Assembly (NCBI GenBank): GCA_030704615.1
Contig: CM060732.1
Coordinates: 26,474,001-26,538,000 of the forward strand
Length of the DNA stretch: 64,000 nucleotides
From: Takakia lepidozioides
Lineage: Eukaryota > Plantae > Bryophyta
Reading direction: 5' to 3'
A model generated the notes under the pieces. The model was not told the origin of the DNA. It did not search any database and saw only the letters and a list, made by a program, of their open reading frames with translations. Numbering within the stretch: position 1 is the stretch's first letter; the number at the start of each line of letters is the position of its first letter. Position numbers and translations under genes: made by a program. Of the stretch, positions 38,031-50,200 are shown in pieces.

Positions 38031-39171
38031 CATGGTGGCGCCCCTGACTGCATTGTAAGTGCTGCAACGGTTCGACTCTCTTCCATTTGTTTCTCAAGTG
38101 TCCATCTTTTGTCATCATAAAAACAGTCTGGACTTGCCAGGTTACTCAAGCTTCCCTTCATTACGTCTTATGAGTACATTCTCTCTCCCTCTCTTGTATC
38201 TTACTTTACATTGTCTGGTTGATGTCATGAAGCCAATGCATATTATTTAGACAAGGTTTTCTGTGATCTGATCCAGCAAGTGGATGTGCAGCATGAAATC
38301 TTAGGAACGTTCCCTGGGACTCTATTTTAGTATCTATTTCAGTATTTCAATATTTCAATCAAGATTTTCAGTATTTCAGCGAGTTTTTTTTTAGCAAGTA
38401 TTTCAGTATTTCAGGCATTTTTCAGCAAGTATATTGATATTTCAGCCAGTTCTTCAACAAGTATTTTAATATTTCAATGAGTATTTCAACAAGCATTTCA
38501 ATATTTTAATAACTAGTAAATTGGAAGATCAGTTTTGTAATATCATACATCAATATTTAATTCACACATCAATAAAGTTGTGCCCGGACCTCTGTCCCCG
38601 AATTTTAAATAAATAAATTTTCCTCTATGCAGAACATATTTGACATATAATTCGAATATAAAGTAAACGGCCAACGCCCTTACAAAAAAGATAAAAATAA
38701 AATAAATCGAATATGTGATATTCAATATGATATATTTCAATATAATATTTTTTGGGAAATTTTCAACTTAAGAGTTGTAGGGTGGAGCCATTACGCCACT
38801 AGCCGCTTGTTTTTAATAAAACCCTTTCTTTTGGGGCGGGGGGATGGAAGAAAACGACGCCTTGCTGTCCACGCAGCCACTTGGCGCACAAAGTACTGTG
38901 ACACGTGTCAGACAAGGTGTTATTCACTCTAAAATTACAATAATATCTCGTTCATATGAGTCTCATCATCCGTGTGGTATATTTATTTCATTTCACTGGT
39001 AAAGACTAAAGACGGGAAAACATGAAGTTTTCATGTATTCACTGCACGCATAAAACCCATTGTATTCATCCACATCCATGCTTCATCCATTGTTGCGAGC
39101 CCTAAAAGCACAGAGCTGATGGAGCGTGTGAGGAGTGAGAGGGAGAGAGAGAGAGAGAGGAAGGAAGGGCG

Positions 39172-42100
39172 ATGAGGAGCAGACTCGGAGCAGGAGTGGG
39201 TGTGTTGCTTGCTGTTGCTGCCGTTTTGTCGTCCATAATCTCCTTGCGCAGGTGGTGCACTGCTGGAGGCGCAGGCTCATGGATTCTGCAGAGATTACAG
39301 TTCGTCAGGTCCGAGGATGCTTGCATAAGAATGGAACAAGGTAGCAGAAAGGAGAGAGGGATGGATGGAGTGGACGGATTTGGGGTCGGACAGGGCTTGA
39401 TGGGTGCCATAGGGAACACGCCCTTGATTAGAATTCACAGCCTATCTGATGCCACTGGCTGCGAGGTAGCTTTCTGTTTCATATGCATTTTTGGCAGACT
39501 TTTGATTAAATTGCATTGCTAACCTTCGCGGATATAGGGGAAAAAAGAAATTGGGTGCTTGTGTCTGGGTGTGTGAAAAGGCTTGGTTAACCTTGGTTAA
39601 AGTCTTTTGATAAACTGGGAAGTTGTCGCTGGACTGCTACCATGTTGCAGTTGACCGATGCTGACTGTTTTTGTTGGTGTCAGTATATCCAGTGCTGAAA
39701 ATTGTTGAAACCCTGAATGCCCTCTAATTAAGAATTCTCAATTGCTCTGTGCAGGTTCTTGGAAAGGCCGAGTTTCTGAATCCAGGTGGAAGTGTCAAGG
39801 ACAGAGTGGCAGCCCAAATTGTTGAAGAAGTTAGTTTCTCTGTGGCCACAAGCTACTTCATTTGTGCAACAGTGTCATACCAAGCTTCTGGGTCAGAGAT
39901 GGTCTTGGATGAGCCAATCTTTCATATCCTGTTGGTAGTGATTTATCACAACGTCTAGGCCGATTCTCATAGGTGCACCTGATATGGCATGAGAGAGCGT
40001 ATTAATGCCTAAACACATAGTGTACAATATATTGCAGGCGCTACAAACTGGGGCCCTGCGTGTTGGGGGCATGATAACAGAGGGAAGTGCCGGCAGCACT
40101 GGAGTAAGCTTGGCTATGGTGGCTGCTGCCCATGGCTGTAGGTGCCATGTTGTCCTCCCTGATGATGCTGCTATTGAAAAGGTGAAAATCTAACATCCCT
40201 CACGCTGTTTTCTCTCTCTCTGCTGTTTTTTCCATCTCCTGCTCTGGTAGATCAGATTAATTCGATGGTAGACATTTTTGAATGAATTTGGAGAGTTTAC
40301 TTCATTTGGCAAGGTAGGTGCCTATTACTGTGATTTTATTGGTCTCCTTCTGCTGTCCCTCTGTTCCTTTTATCTGCCGACCCCCCGTTCTGCTGTCCAA
40401 ATTGGATGCAGGGTTCAGGTTCTGTATCTCTGTCTCTCTGTCTCCTCTCTTCCATTACGTCCATAAGGAGAGTCTTTTGGCAGAAGTCTTTTGGCAATTG
40501 AGGGTTTCTGTGTAAATTCCTCCCTCTCTCTCCTCTCCATCGCGAAGTAGGACACATTTTTTCAGTTCATTAACCGCTTAACAGAACAGTATGCCACAAT
40601 GATTGCTCTGTGTTTCCACCTTAGGAGCATGATCACCTGCATGTGTTTCTTCACCTTTTGCCTTCCTCTATATTTACTTTGTGTTGCTCTTTTTAGCATC
40701 TTCTGATTTGGAACCTTTGTGCACTCAGTCCCTGAGGGAGAGGGTGGCTATGGTTGCAACAACGTCAATATGTTGTGAGTCTCTTACCATCCTTTCCCGG
40801 CTCTCTCTTTCCCACCTTGCCTTTTCTTTACATGTCTAAAAACATGACATGCGTGATGAATGGGTTTATCAAGGCTTATGAACAGAGGAGGTCTACCTGC
40901 TATGTATCAGACCTACCTAGTTAATCAGACAGCAGGCATTCTTCGAGTCTATGAGCCGCGATTTTGTCTTGCTTTCCAAAGTCAGGAAGAGTTGCACCTC
41001 CATGTCTATCGAATTTTCTGAATATTTTTCACTTATCCCTTCCCAATGAAGGAGCAAGCTTGCCTTTGGCTGGGACGCATGGCTTTTGAGTCTCAAGATG
41101 GGCAAATGGATCTGTCTTGCTAACAAGCAGTGCCTGGCTGGTGAAGTGGGCATTTTATGATGATGTCTATATATGGATTTCGGATTTCAGATTTCATGAT
41201 TCATCAAGAAGAAGATGCCTCGATCAGACATTACGGGTTTTATTCTGCTTGTTCTTTTCTGCATCATTTCATAGCTTTTCTAACTGAGCTTCCAGGCGAA
41301 ACATTGCTCTTCTCAACACCATTGCCTTCGCCCAAAAATGCTGGTTGAGATTGCTGTTGTATTCTGAGCTATCTGTTGCTGTCTGCCTGTCTGCAGGCCC
41401 AGATCTTGCAAGCGTTGGGTGCAACTGTTGAGAGGGTTCGGCCTGTGTCCATCGCTCACAAGGATCATTTTGTCAATGTTGCACGTCGGCGGGCAATGGA
41501 GGCGGAGGAGCTTTTTAGTCATAACCTCTTGCCTGAACCACACCTCTCTATCCCTATCACAGAAAATCCAGAATTGGGACAAGACACAAGGGGGAACCTT
41601 GAAGCAATGAAGCAAGTAGATGTGGTGCCAAAGCGTGCCCACATGCTCACCAGGCATTCTTCAAAAGAATTGGACACTGGCTTTCTAAAGGAAGACAGCC
41701 TTTTTAGAGATTCCAGTGGTATGGGAGAAACACGGTGCACATCTCAAAGTGGTTTGGAAGAGCAGAGTCCCAGAGGCGAAAGGTGGAGGGAGTGCTCATT
41801 TCGATCTGGGTTAGAAACATATTTTCAGGTTGACCACACTCTGGTGAAGGAAGGGCTCGACGGTAAGTCCCCAAATGGGTGCAACCGATTGAAAGATGAA
41901 TCTGGTGTCGAGCAGAGACTTTGTGCATCACAGACTGATGTTAGAAGGGATGGCGAGGAGTGCCAGAGGCAAATTCGGGGTGGTTTCTTTGCAGACCAGT
42001 TTGAAAACCTGGCAAACTTTCGGGCACATTATGGGGGCACTGCGCCAGAAATATGGAAGCAGACCGGTGGGAAGGTCGATGCATTTGTTGCAGCTGCTGG

Positions 42101-43111
42101 CACTGGAGGAACGATTGCCGGCATTTCGCGGTATCTTAAGGTACATACATTTTTCTCACTTTACCAAGGTTGCATTTCCATGGCCCCATGTGCTTACTTT
42201 GCTTAGTCATGGTGGACTATCAACATCTTTACAAGGCTCCCAACCAGATTTGTTGTTTTAGTCACAAATATGATAAACATAATTTCCAGGCACAGTTGGG
42301 TGCTAGGACTTCCCTTTGACAAATATCAGGGGATAGACTGATCAGTATTGAGCCCCCAATACATGGCTGGATCAGAGCTCTTGTGTTAACACATGCTTGC
42401 TCAATTTTGTTGCAGGAGCAAAATCGAGATCTGAAATGCTACTTGATAGACCCCCCAGGCTCTGGACTATTCAACCGTGTGACTAGGGGTGTTATGTATA
42501 CTCGCGAGGAGGCAGAGGGCAAGCGCATGAAGAACCCTTTTGACACTATTACAGAAGGCATTGGCATCAACCGCATCACACAAAATTTCAAGCAAGCACA
42601 ACTGGATGGTGCATTTCGGGGCACTGATAGGGAGGCTGTCGAAATGGCACGGTAGAACTTGAACCCCCTCTCTTTCTCTCCTTGACCACTGCAAGAATTC
42701 CATGGAGCATTCAATGTTACAGATGTAGAAGAAATGGGAGGGGGAAAGGGTGTGAGAGAGTGTGAGGGTCTATCCATTTTCACCTCTTCAGATGTCTATA
42801 TTGGTTATTTGTATGTTCATTATTTGCACTATACACCGGCAAGTGTCTTTGTGTATACCAGATTTCTGCTGAAGAACGATGGGCTTTTTTTGGGGAGTTC
42901 ATCGGCAATGAATTGTGTAGGTGCAGTACGTGTGGCACGGCTGCTGGGTCCCGGGCAAACAATTGTGACCATTCTTTGTGATGGAGGAGCTCGCCACTTG
43001 AGCAAGTTCCACAACCCGGGGTACTTGGCTACACACGGGCTGATACCCACTGCAACAGGCCTTGAGTTTCTAGATGAGTCAAGCTCAGCACTTTCTGTTG
43101 CCAAGGTATGA
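39172..43111 (+). CDS. Cysteine synthase-like PLP-dependent enzyme (At1g55880 / fungal cysteine synthase 2 type), 6 exons, 580 aa
   Basis: Exons 39172-39465, 39755-39829, 40038-40181, 41397-42140, 42416-42651 and 42862-43111 splice in phase. Motifs IGNTPLI, NPGGSVKDR (PLP lysine), EGSAGSTG, DQFEN, AGTGGT, EGIG, LGSSS, TILCDGG; hydrophobic N-terminus. Confidence 0.93.
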
Positions 43112-43619
43112 TAAGGCATGTGTCAAAATAAAGTGAACCTTCACAATGTTCTCAAACCAGATCGCTACTGTCATACGTGTTAATCCAGTATGGGTCATGC
43201 CAATATCTCATGATAGGTTTGCTGTCAGTTTGCAGCCATGTAAATCTAACAGGCAGAGAAATTAGTTCTGGCACTTGTGGGTTCACAAAAGGGCCTTTCA
43301 CAACCAATTTTGGAGCCAATCAGACAACTAGTGCGAAAACCCCACCGTTGCGTGTGGGGTCCATTTTTGGAAATTTGTGCAGCCAAAAAAAACCAAAATG
43401 GAGATTTGTGGTCGGGATGGAAAAAAATCGGCCTATTGTACCCGAAAACGTGGTGGCCGTCCGGCACGATTTAGGCAATCGATCTCGCATGGACCATCCT
43501 GATGCAGATACGAAGTGCACCCACCAAAAAAAACAAGAAAAGCCAAAATCTGCTCCTGACATAACTATTTGTGTAAAAAAAAACGACCAATTTTGGGCCG
43601 GCGGGCATTTAGGGGTTAA

Positions 43620-45507
43620 GTATATTCACACCCCTCCTCTCCCCAAATATCTCGAACGGAAGGAACCCACCCTAACCCTGATTCTACACATCCAAAACCC
43701 TCGGCATATAGACATACCGCCATATTTCTTTTCTCAGCTCGAACAATTGCTCACCATCACTCATAAAATAAAGGCCACCATCCATTATCCAACCATCCTC
43801 TCCCACACCCATACACCCACCACATTGTCCTGGATCAAAACCAACAAAGCCCGGAACATTGCGATATCACGCCCCTCCCAGGTCGCGCCAACAACACCTC
43901 TACCCCCAATCCCTGCAATATATCAACAAAACACCATCCCCAAATACCCATTGGCCAATTAACATTACACTGACGGATCCCTCACCAAACCTAACGCAGG
44001 CTATGGAATCTATCACGCCGGCACCAGTCAAGTTGTTGCCCTCAGGCTCCCTGGCCCTGCCACCATCCTCCAGGCTAAACTCATGGCCATTCATGACGCC
44101 CTCTCTCTACTTGACACCTCCCCCCCCCCCCCCCCCCACACTACATCTTCACCGATAGCCTTACCTCACTATTCCTCATTCGCAACCACATCTCCACCCC
44201 TCTATCCATCATCATCACCCCGACCGCAACCTCATTGCCGCTATTGTCCAGAGGGCCATCTCCCTAGGCCACCCAGTCCATATACTCAAAGTCCATTCAT
44301 ATACTGGCATCCATGGTAATGAAGAAGCAGACCTACTCGCCCAACTCGGCGCCTCCCAACCGTTATTTGAACCCTCGAACGACCCTATGCACACCGCCCA
44401 CACCCATCCTTTCTGGTTCATATACCTTGTTCCGGACCCCCCTGCACCCAGACCAATCCGAAACCTCCTGACCCCCCTGACCAGAGAAGCAAATAAACAA
44501 GCGGCAACCTCCATCAGCCATACCAAAGTACACATCCAAAAATGGACTCAATCCAATGTATTGCACCATAAACTCTCCAATCATTTCTGGCTAACCAAAG
44601 CCACCACCGACGCACAAATCCGACAAACACTCAAATTCCGATATGCCCAATACATGGGCCACCAGCGCAAACACATCTTCTGGCCACACCTGTTCCCATC
44701 CCTATACTGCCCGTTATGTGCAACCATTCACTAAGCTCGTGACATTTGGCCACATCTCCTCGGCCAATGTATACACCCAATTATACATGGCATGCATATC
44801 ACGCGTCATAACCAAGCAGTCTGGCACCTCCACAAGCTCTTTCTAAAACGTGCCGAAACCCGTTGGTTCTCGCTCATGAATGTAGGCACCTACCAAGGAC
44901 GGCCACCCGACCACACAGTACCACCGTGGCTACTACCATGCATATGTACCCGATCACCATGCTCATGCCCAGCCCGACTTTGCACGGACATATTCCTCGT
45001 CCAAGGTCTACCTATCAACACTTCACCTCCCACCTCACCATCCATTTCATTGAATTCACATTTTGCCATGATCGTTATCCAAACGATTCAATCTTAGAAA
45101 AACGTCAGAAATATGCCCCGCTTATCCTTGCACTCCGAAGGCGTGGCTGGAAAACTGTCATCACAGCCGGCACTCGAGGATGCATTCATAATGCCAGTAT
45201 TCCATACACGATAACTTCCAAATTCCCATTCTTCCCATCCACAAATGTTTCAAAGAAATCCATCTCACGGCACTCCGTTCACTCACAGCTATTATCACCA
45301 AAAAACGCCAACTGGAATCCGGCACTTCAAACGCACCTTAGGTCCCCCAGGATACCCCTGGGTACCCAGGAGTACCCTCGCCCCCTCTATTCTCAGCGGT
45401 CACCTGGTGTCCCCCTAGACATTTTTCTATTATAGGGCCCACCTCCGAAAGGGGGCAGTAGCCGCAAGGCGAAGTGGCTCTTAGTTACGCCGGCCTCGGC
45501 CGGAGTC
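43620..45507 (+). mobile_element. 5'-truncated Dualen/RandI-like non-LTR retrotransposon (RNase H, zinc knuckle, restriction-like endonuclease, 3' structure)
   Basis: YTDGSL RNase H, IHGNEEAD, CPLC...TWPHLLGQC...RHNQ, RLCTDIFLV...IHFIEFTFCHDR...KYAPL...GW; 3' end homologous to 47261-47335. Confidence 0.8.
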
Positions 45508-45555
45508 TTCTCTCTGAAATTTAGTAGTCATTGGTGAGGGGTCAGCTTGGATGGC

Positions 45556-45780
45556 CTACCAGTGCAGTTTTTCTTCACCTGTCAATCGAGCATTTGAGAT
45601 GATAGTCGGCACTACCAATGCAACTAGCTCCTCAAACTCTTCTACGCTGAAATTAGTGAGCTGCTTGAAAAGTGTAGGTGTGGCTTGCATCGTGGCAAGC
45701 ACATCCCGGACTCCAACCTCTCGGTTCACATATTGCCCATAGCCCTCCTCCATCTTGTTAGAATTGAACAAATCTGTCGA
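45556..45780 (-). pseudogene. Probable PIF/Harbinger-ISL2EU-type transposase N-terminal fragment
   Basis: LFKQLTNFSVEEFEELVALVVPTIISNARLTG resembles the helix-turn-helix region preceding the DDE domain; cut by the LINE 3' end. Confidence 0.45.
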
Positions 45781-46501
45781 ACTAGAAGCAACTACACAGC
45801 TTGAAGAAAAATGGAAGCATCTCTCTCCATGTCGTCGAACAGATCATCATCACTTGAAGAAGATGAACTATCATCACTTGAGGAAGATGACGAGGAGTCC
45901 ATGTCGCATGATCGGCACAAAGCCTCTCAGCCCTTAAACCCTATCACTCAAAAGTCATGAGATGAAGCAGCCGTTGCCCTCATCCTCAGTTTTTGATTTC
46001 AAGATGCCTTCTTTCCTGACTTCGTGTTGAGTTTTCTAAACTTTGCGGAAGTCTTACTCAAACTCAAGATGAAACAAGAAACGCAGGTTCAAACTGCATA
46101 TCAGACTCAAGCTCACTTTATGGATAATTATAATTTCTTTGTACAAGTCACTAGCTCAGTCATTATCTAGGTCGAAATCTGGAGATAAATTGCCCAAAGA
46201 AAAAACATTGTTCATGACACAACATTGAAGCCTGTGAGCATAATGCAACAAGCCTTAACGGCCATGGGCTCTCTTGCTTTGGAGAAACATAAGAGGAAGG
46301 TGAGAGTATAAGGGGCATGACTCAACATAACACACCAATCGGAGCCTTGACACGTCCTTTGACCACATTTTCTCCATTGACTTGAACTTGTTGCAAAGTC
46401 TCTCTCTACATGAGAGCCAACAAATATGCAATAGAATCAAGCAAAGCATGATCAGTTGCACGGAGCTTTGATTCCGCCTCAAATCCCCGGCAGGTCCCAA
46501 C

Positions 46502-47230
46502 CAGTGTCGTGCGGTATTTGATTTTTTTCATATCAGCCGGTTACGGATATTTAACTTTAACTTTGTGTTCATATCCTTCGGTTCCGGGGTTTTGGAGCTT
46601 TCCCGATTCTGATATCTTGCCAGTTGGCAACAAATACAAAATTTAACCCTATGCGGTTATGGACAAATGGAGTTTATGTCAGGATGGCCTCCGGCGGTTG
46701 AATATCCGGTTATCAAACCAAACCAAGTTTATTTTAAAATAAATTAAGATAACCCAAACTTAAAAATCTAATGTATTAAAAGTACTAATGAAAAAATAGT
46801 TACAAGTATTCGGGTAGATAGAAGATCCACAATTGCTGCCTTTTCATGAATCCAACGCCACCCTTAAGAATGTGATGAGTAGAAATGAAATGAAGACAAG
46901 ACCAACTCATGACTATGACCTACCTCGTTTATGTCGAGTGAACGCAATAACTGGCTATTATCTAGATTATAACCTCCGGTTTTAAATGCCGGATATATGG
47001 GTTCATAACCTACTTCTTTTGGACCACTAGTTCCGGTTCACATCAAAAAAATTTAAAAAATACAAAACCACCGGTTCTTAACCGGATCCGGTTATCCCAT
47101 CTCTTCATATTCGGCGGTTCTTAACGGAGGCGGTTATTTGATTTTGTGACCTCCGGCAGATCCACATATATATATCCGGGTTGGGGTCTACCGGGGGTTT
47201 GAGGCTGAATCAAATATCCGTGCAACACTG
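46502..47230. mobile_element. hAT-type MITE
   Basis: 8-bp TSD GTCCCAAC (46494-46501 and 47231-47238). Imperfect TIR CAGTGTCGTGCGG-TATTTGATT / AATCAAATATCCGTGCAACACTG, plus CCGGTT subterminal repeats. Confidence 0.88.
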
Positions 47231-47260
47231 GTCCCAACCCGAGAATATATATATATATAT

Positions 47261-50200
47261 GACGCCAACCAAAGCTAGCGTAAATAAGAGCCTCTTCCCC
47301 TTGCGGGTACTGCCCCCTTTCAGGATTGGGCTCTATCCGAACCGTAACCTGTCACACAATGGCTAGCTGGCCACTTTCAATCTTACGTTTATTGAGGATT
47401 AGGGATGTGAGTGATGAAATAGCCGTGAAATGCAAGGCTCGTAGTAGAGGTGTAGTGTATTTGGGTGGTAGGTTAAGATTATCTTTTAAACCTTGGATAT
47501 TATGGGTATGAGCACCGCCCCTGACACCCGCGGTGATGACGGTCAGAGGTGCCGTGTTCCAGCCTCTGTGACATAGGGCATGTATGATTGGGTCATATTT
47601 TTCATGTTTGTACATAATTGATTGATCTGGATTTCGATCATGGCAGAATGCAACCATTTGGATTTCGGATGTGAAGTGAGAATTTTGTGGAGTTGTCTAA
47701 CCCCTTGGTTATGTCTGGTTACCCGCAATCCATGTATTATGGGGTGGTTGCAGTGGAGAAGTAAGTGTGGCCATGTATCTATTTGGGGATTTTGGGATGA
47801 ACATAACACGCAATATTTATTGGGGTATAATAATGGCCAGAACAAGTTCCGTCGTTGATTGCCCATGTATTGACCATACCGAAATTTCAAAGTTTGTTTG
47901 ATTTGTGCATCGGTAACCCTGGGGGATGAACAAAAATGATTGGACATACTATGTAGCAGGTGTGGGGACAAAACCCACTTAAATATGTACGAATTTCTGT
48001 AGGTGCGGGATTCTTGTATGAGTAGTTTGGTCTCGCCTTGAATGTGTGTGTGCAGATTCCGTATAGGTGCTATGGTCGGGAATCTAGCCCTTGTTGAGAT
48101 GAGCCAAAACGGGTATGTGTGCGACCGGTGGATAGGGCTGGTCGAGGGGTTGATGATTGGTTGAATAGCACCAAGTTGGGCAAGATGGTCTGCTATGTCA
48201 TTACCTATTATGTTTGTGTGAGATCGAACTTTGTGTATATGGATTTGCAGCGGTAAAGATGATACAACATCGACGATTCCTTTTATAAGTGTAATATCAG
48301 GATGGTGAATCTGTGATGCTGGCATGCAAATTTGGTTGGTGAGAAGGTATAGGGAGACCAAGCTGTCTGTAAATAAATAGTATGTTGAAGTAGGTTGGTA
48401 GGGGAGAGACTTGAGAGCATCATGTATAGCCATAAGCTCCGCTCGTAGGATATGCTGGCGACCAGGGAGACGGCTATATATTTTGGTATTGGTGCCAACC
48501 AAATATATACCATAACCCGCTTGGGCATCTTTTAAGGAGCCATCAGTGTATATGCATTTTTGTGGTTGGAATTTTAAGGTTGTGGGTTCCGTGAAATCTG
48601 GGAGTGGTATAGCAAAGGTTTTTGGTCTCGCTGCCCAAAGAGGCCTAGGGGTCACATGTCTCCATGGTTTGTCCGGATTGATTCGGGGATATTTGTTGGG
48701 AATTTGGGTAGGCAGGTGAACCGTGGCTGTGTGACCAAATAAATGTCTTAGAATCCGGTCCAGTTGATGGTAGAAAGTGATAGGTATTTGCGGGTCTTGT
48801 GAGTGGTGTACACATACCAGTTTAGTTACTAATGGTTCTGGATATTTCATGTAATTGCGCCACGGCGGTGGGGGTTGATAAATGATTGAGTGAGGCTCAA
48901 ATGTAGCTAACGTGAGTACTCCAGGGTGCAGCAATGCGCGCCCAATGAAGCGCTTCACTGGCAGAAGCGACATTAGGGGGGTGTGCAAACCCTCGCCCTT
49001 GCCATTGGTGGGACCTTGCAGCCCCCAGGGATCCAAAGTGCTGATCAATGTTGTGTAAGCTCGAGTAAGTAGATAAACCCAATGGGCATGTGAGAGGGTT
49101 AGAGTAGTATGAGTGAGTGAGTTGCAGCTCAGTGGTGAGGAAGTCTAGAAGGAGTGCGGGGAGGGTCGAGTGGGAGTGTGCAAGTGAAAGTTTGTTTGTT
49201 GCTTAGTATTGGGTGTTTAGAGTTGGTATGGTTAGTATTAGGAATAAATAAGATGGTGAATGATTCTGGTGACGGTGTCTTGGGTGGTAGGTCTTGGGCG
49301 TAGCATTGGATGAGTCTGGAGACTTGTACTGCAAATGCTGACGGCGTATGCATGTCTGTGAGGTTGGGTGGGTTGGAATGAAATCTTTTCCATAACCACT
49401 CCAATCTTTGGAGTGTTATGTTACCAATGTAGTACCCTAGTGGTCCATATATGTGTGCCAAGTTATTGTGAGTGTGAATGTGGGCCTGGGACTTCAAGAT
49501 GTCTTTATCTGGGTTACATTCAGCTATAGAGATGTGTAGATTTGGGATACTTCGTGGCGGGCTGATGAAACGTCTATCGTTGGCTTGTGGTTTATCCGCA
49601 TGTTGGGTATGAATATGCGATAAGTAGTGGGTGTTGGTTCGTCGGTGGTATTCGGTAACCATTTGAATATTATGGTGTAGATTTGGGTTACCATGGGTGC
49701 TAAAAAGTTGGTCATTGTTTTCCCAGGTGTTATGTTTGGGGGATGATCCCTTCCATTGACAATTGTATAGAGTTTTGACATATGTGGCTCCATATTGATC
49801 CAAGGACATTTTTTGAGTTATGCCTTGTATTTCCTCTAATGTATGGGCGGGTGTTACGGGGTGTCCTGTGGGTTGGATAGCAAGTGGGGACGATATAGTA
49901 TTTGGTTGTGGGGGCTGTGGTTGGGGTGTTTGAGCTGATTGTGTGGGGTGGACGCTTGTTGGGTTTGGGACGAAGCCATGGAATAGTGATTGGATTTGGT
50001 TTTGCATCGGGCTCGATGAATAGCAAGGGAGTAGCTCCCATGGGTGATGGGGCGAAGAGTTACATTGTCTTGGATATGTGTGGGTTAGACAAGCATGAGT
50101 GGGAAAACATAGTAGTGTTTGGAGGTGTTGCAAATGAACATGTTGGGAGCGCGATGATGGTTTAGGGTATTTTAGTCAAAAAGCCTGTGGGTCAATAAGT

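Noticed and set aside
38330-38510. TATTTCA(G/A) repeats
   Set aside because: Probably a MITE subterminal remnant, but no TIR or TSD could be defined.
45445-45475. Resemblance to 16S rRNA helix 27, or a hammerhead ribozyme
   Set aside because: Only ~25 nt of similarity with no flanking rRNA, and no CUGANGA core; better explained as a LINE 3' structure.
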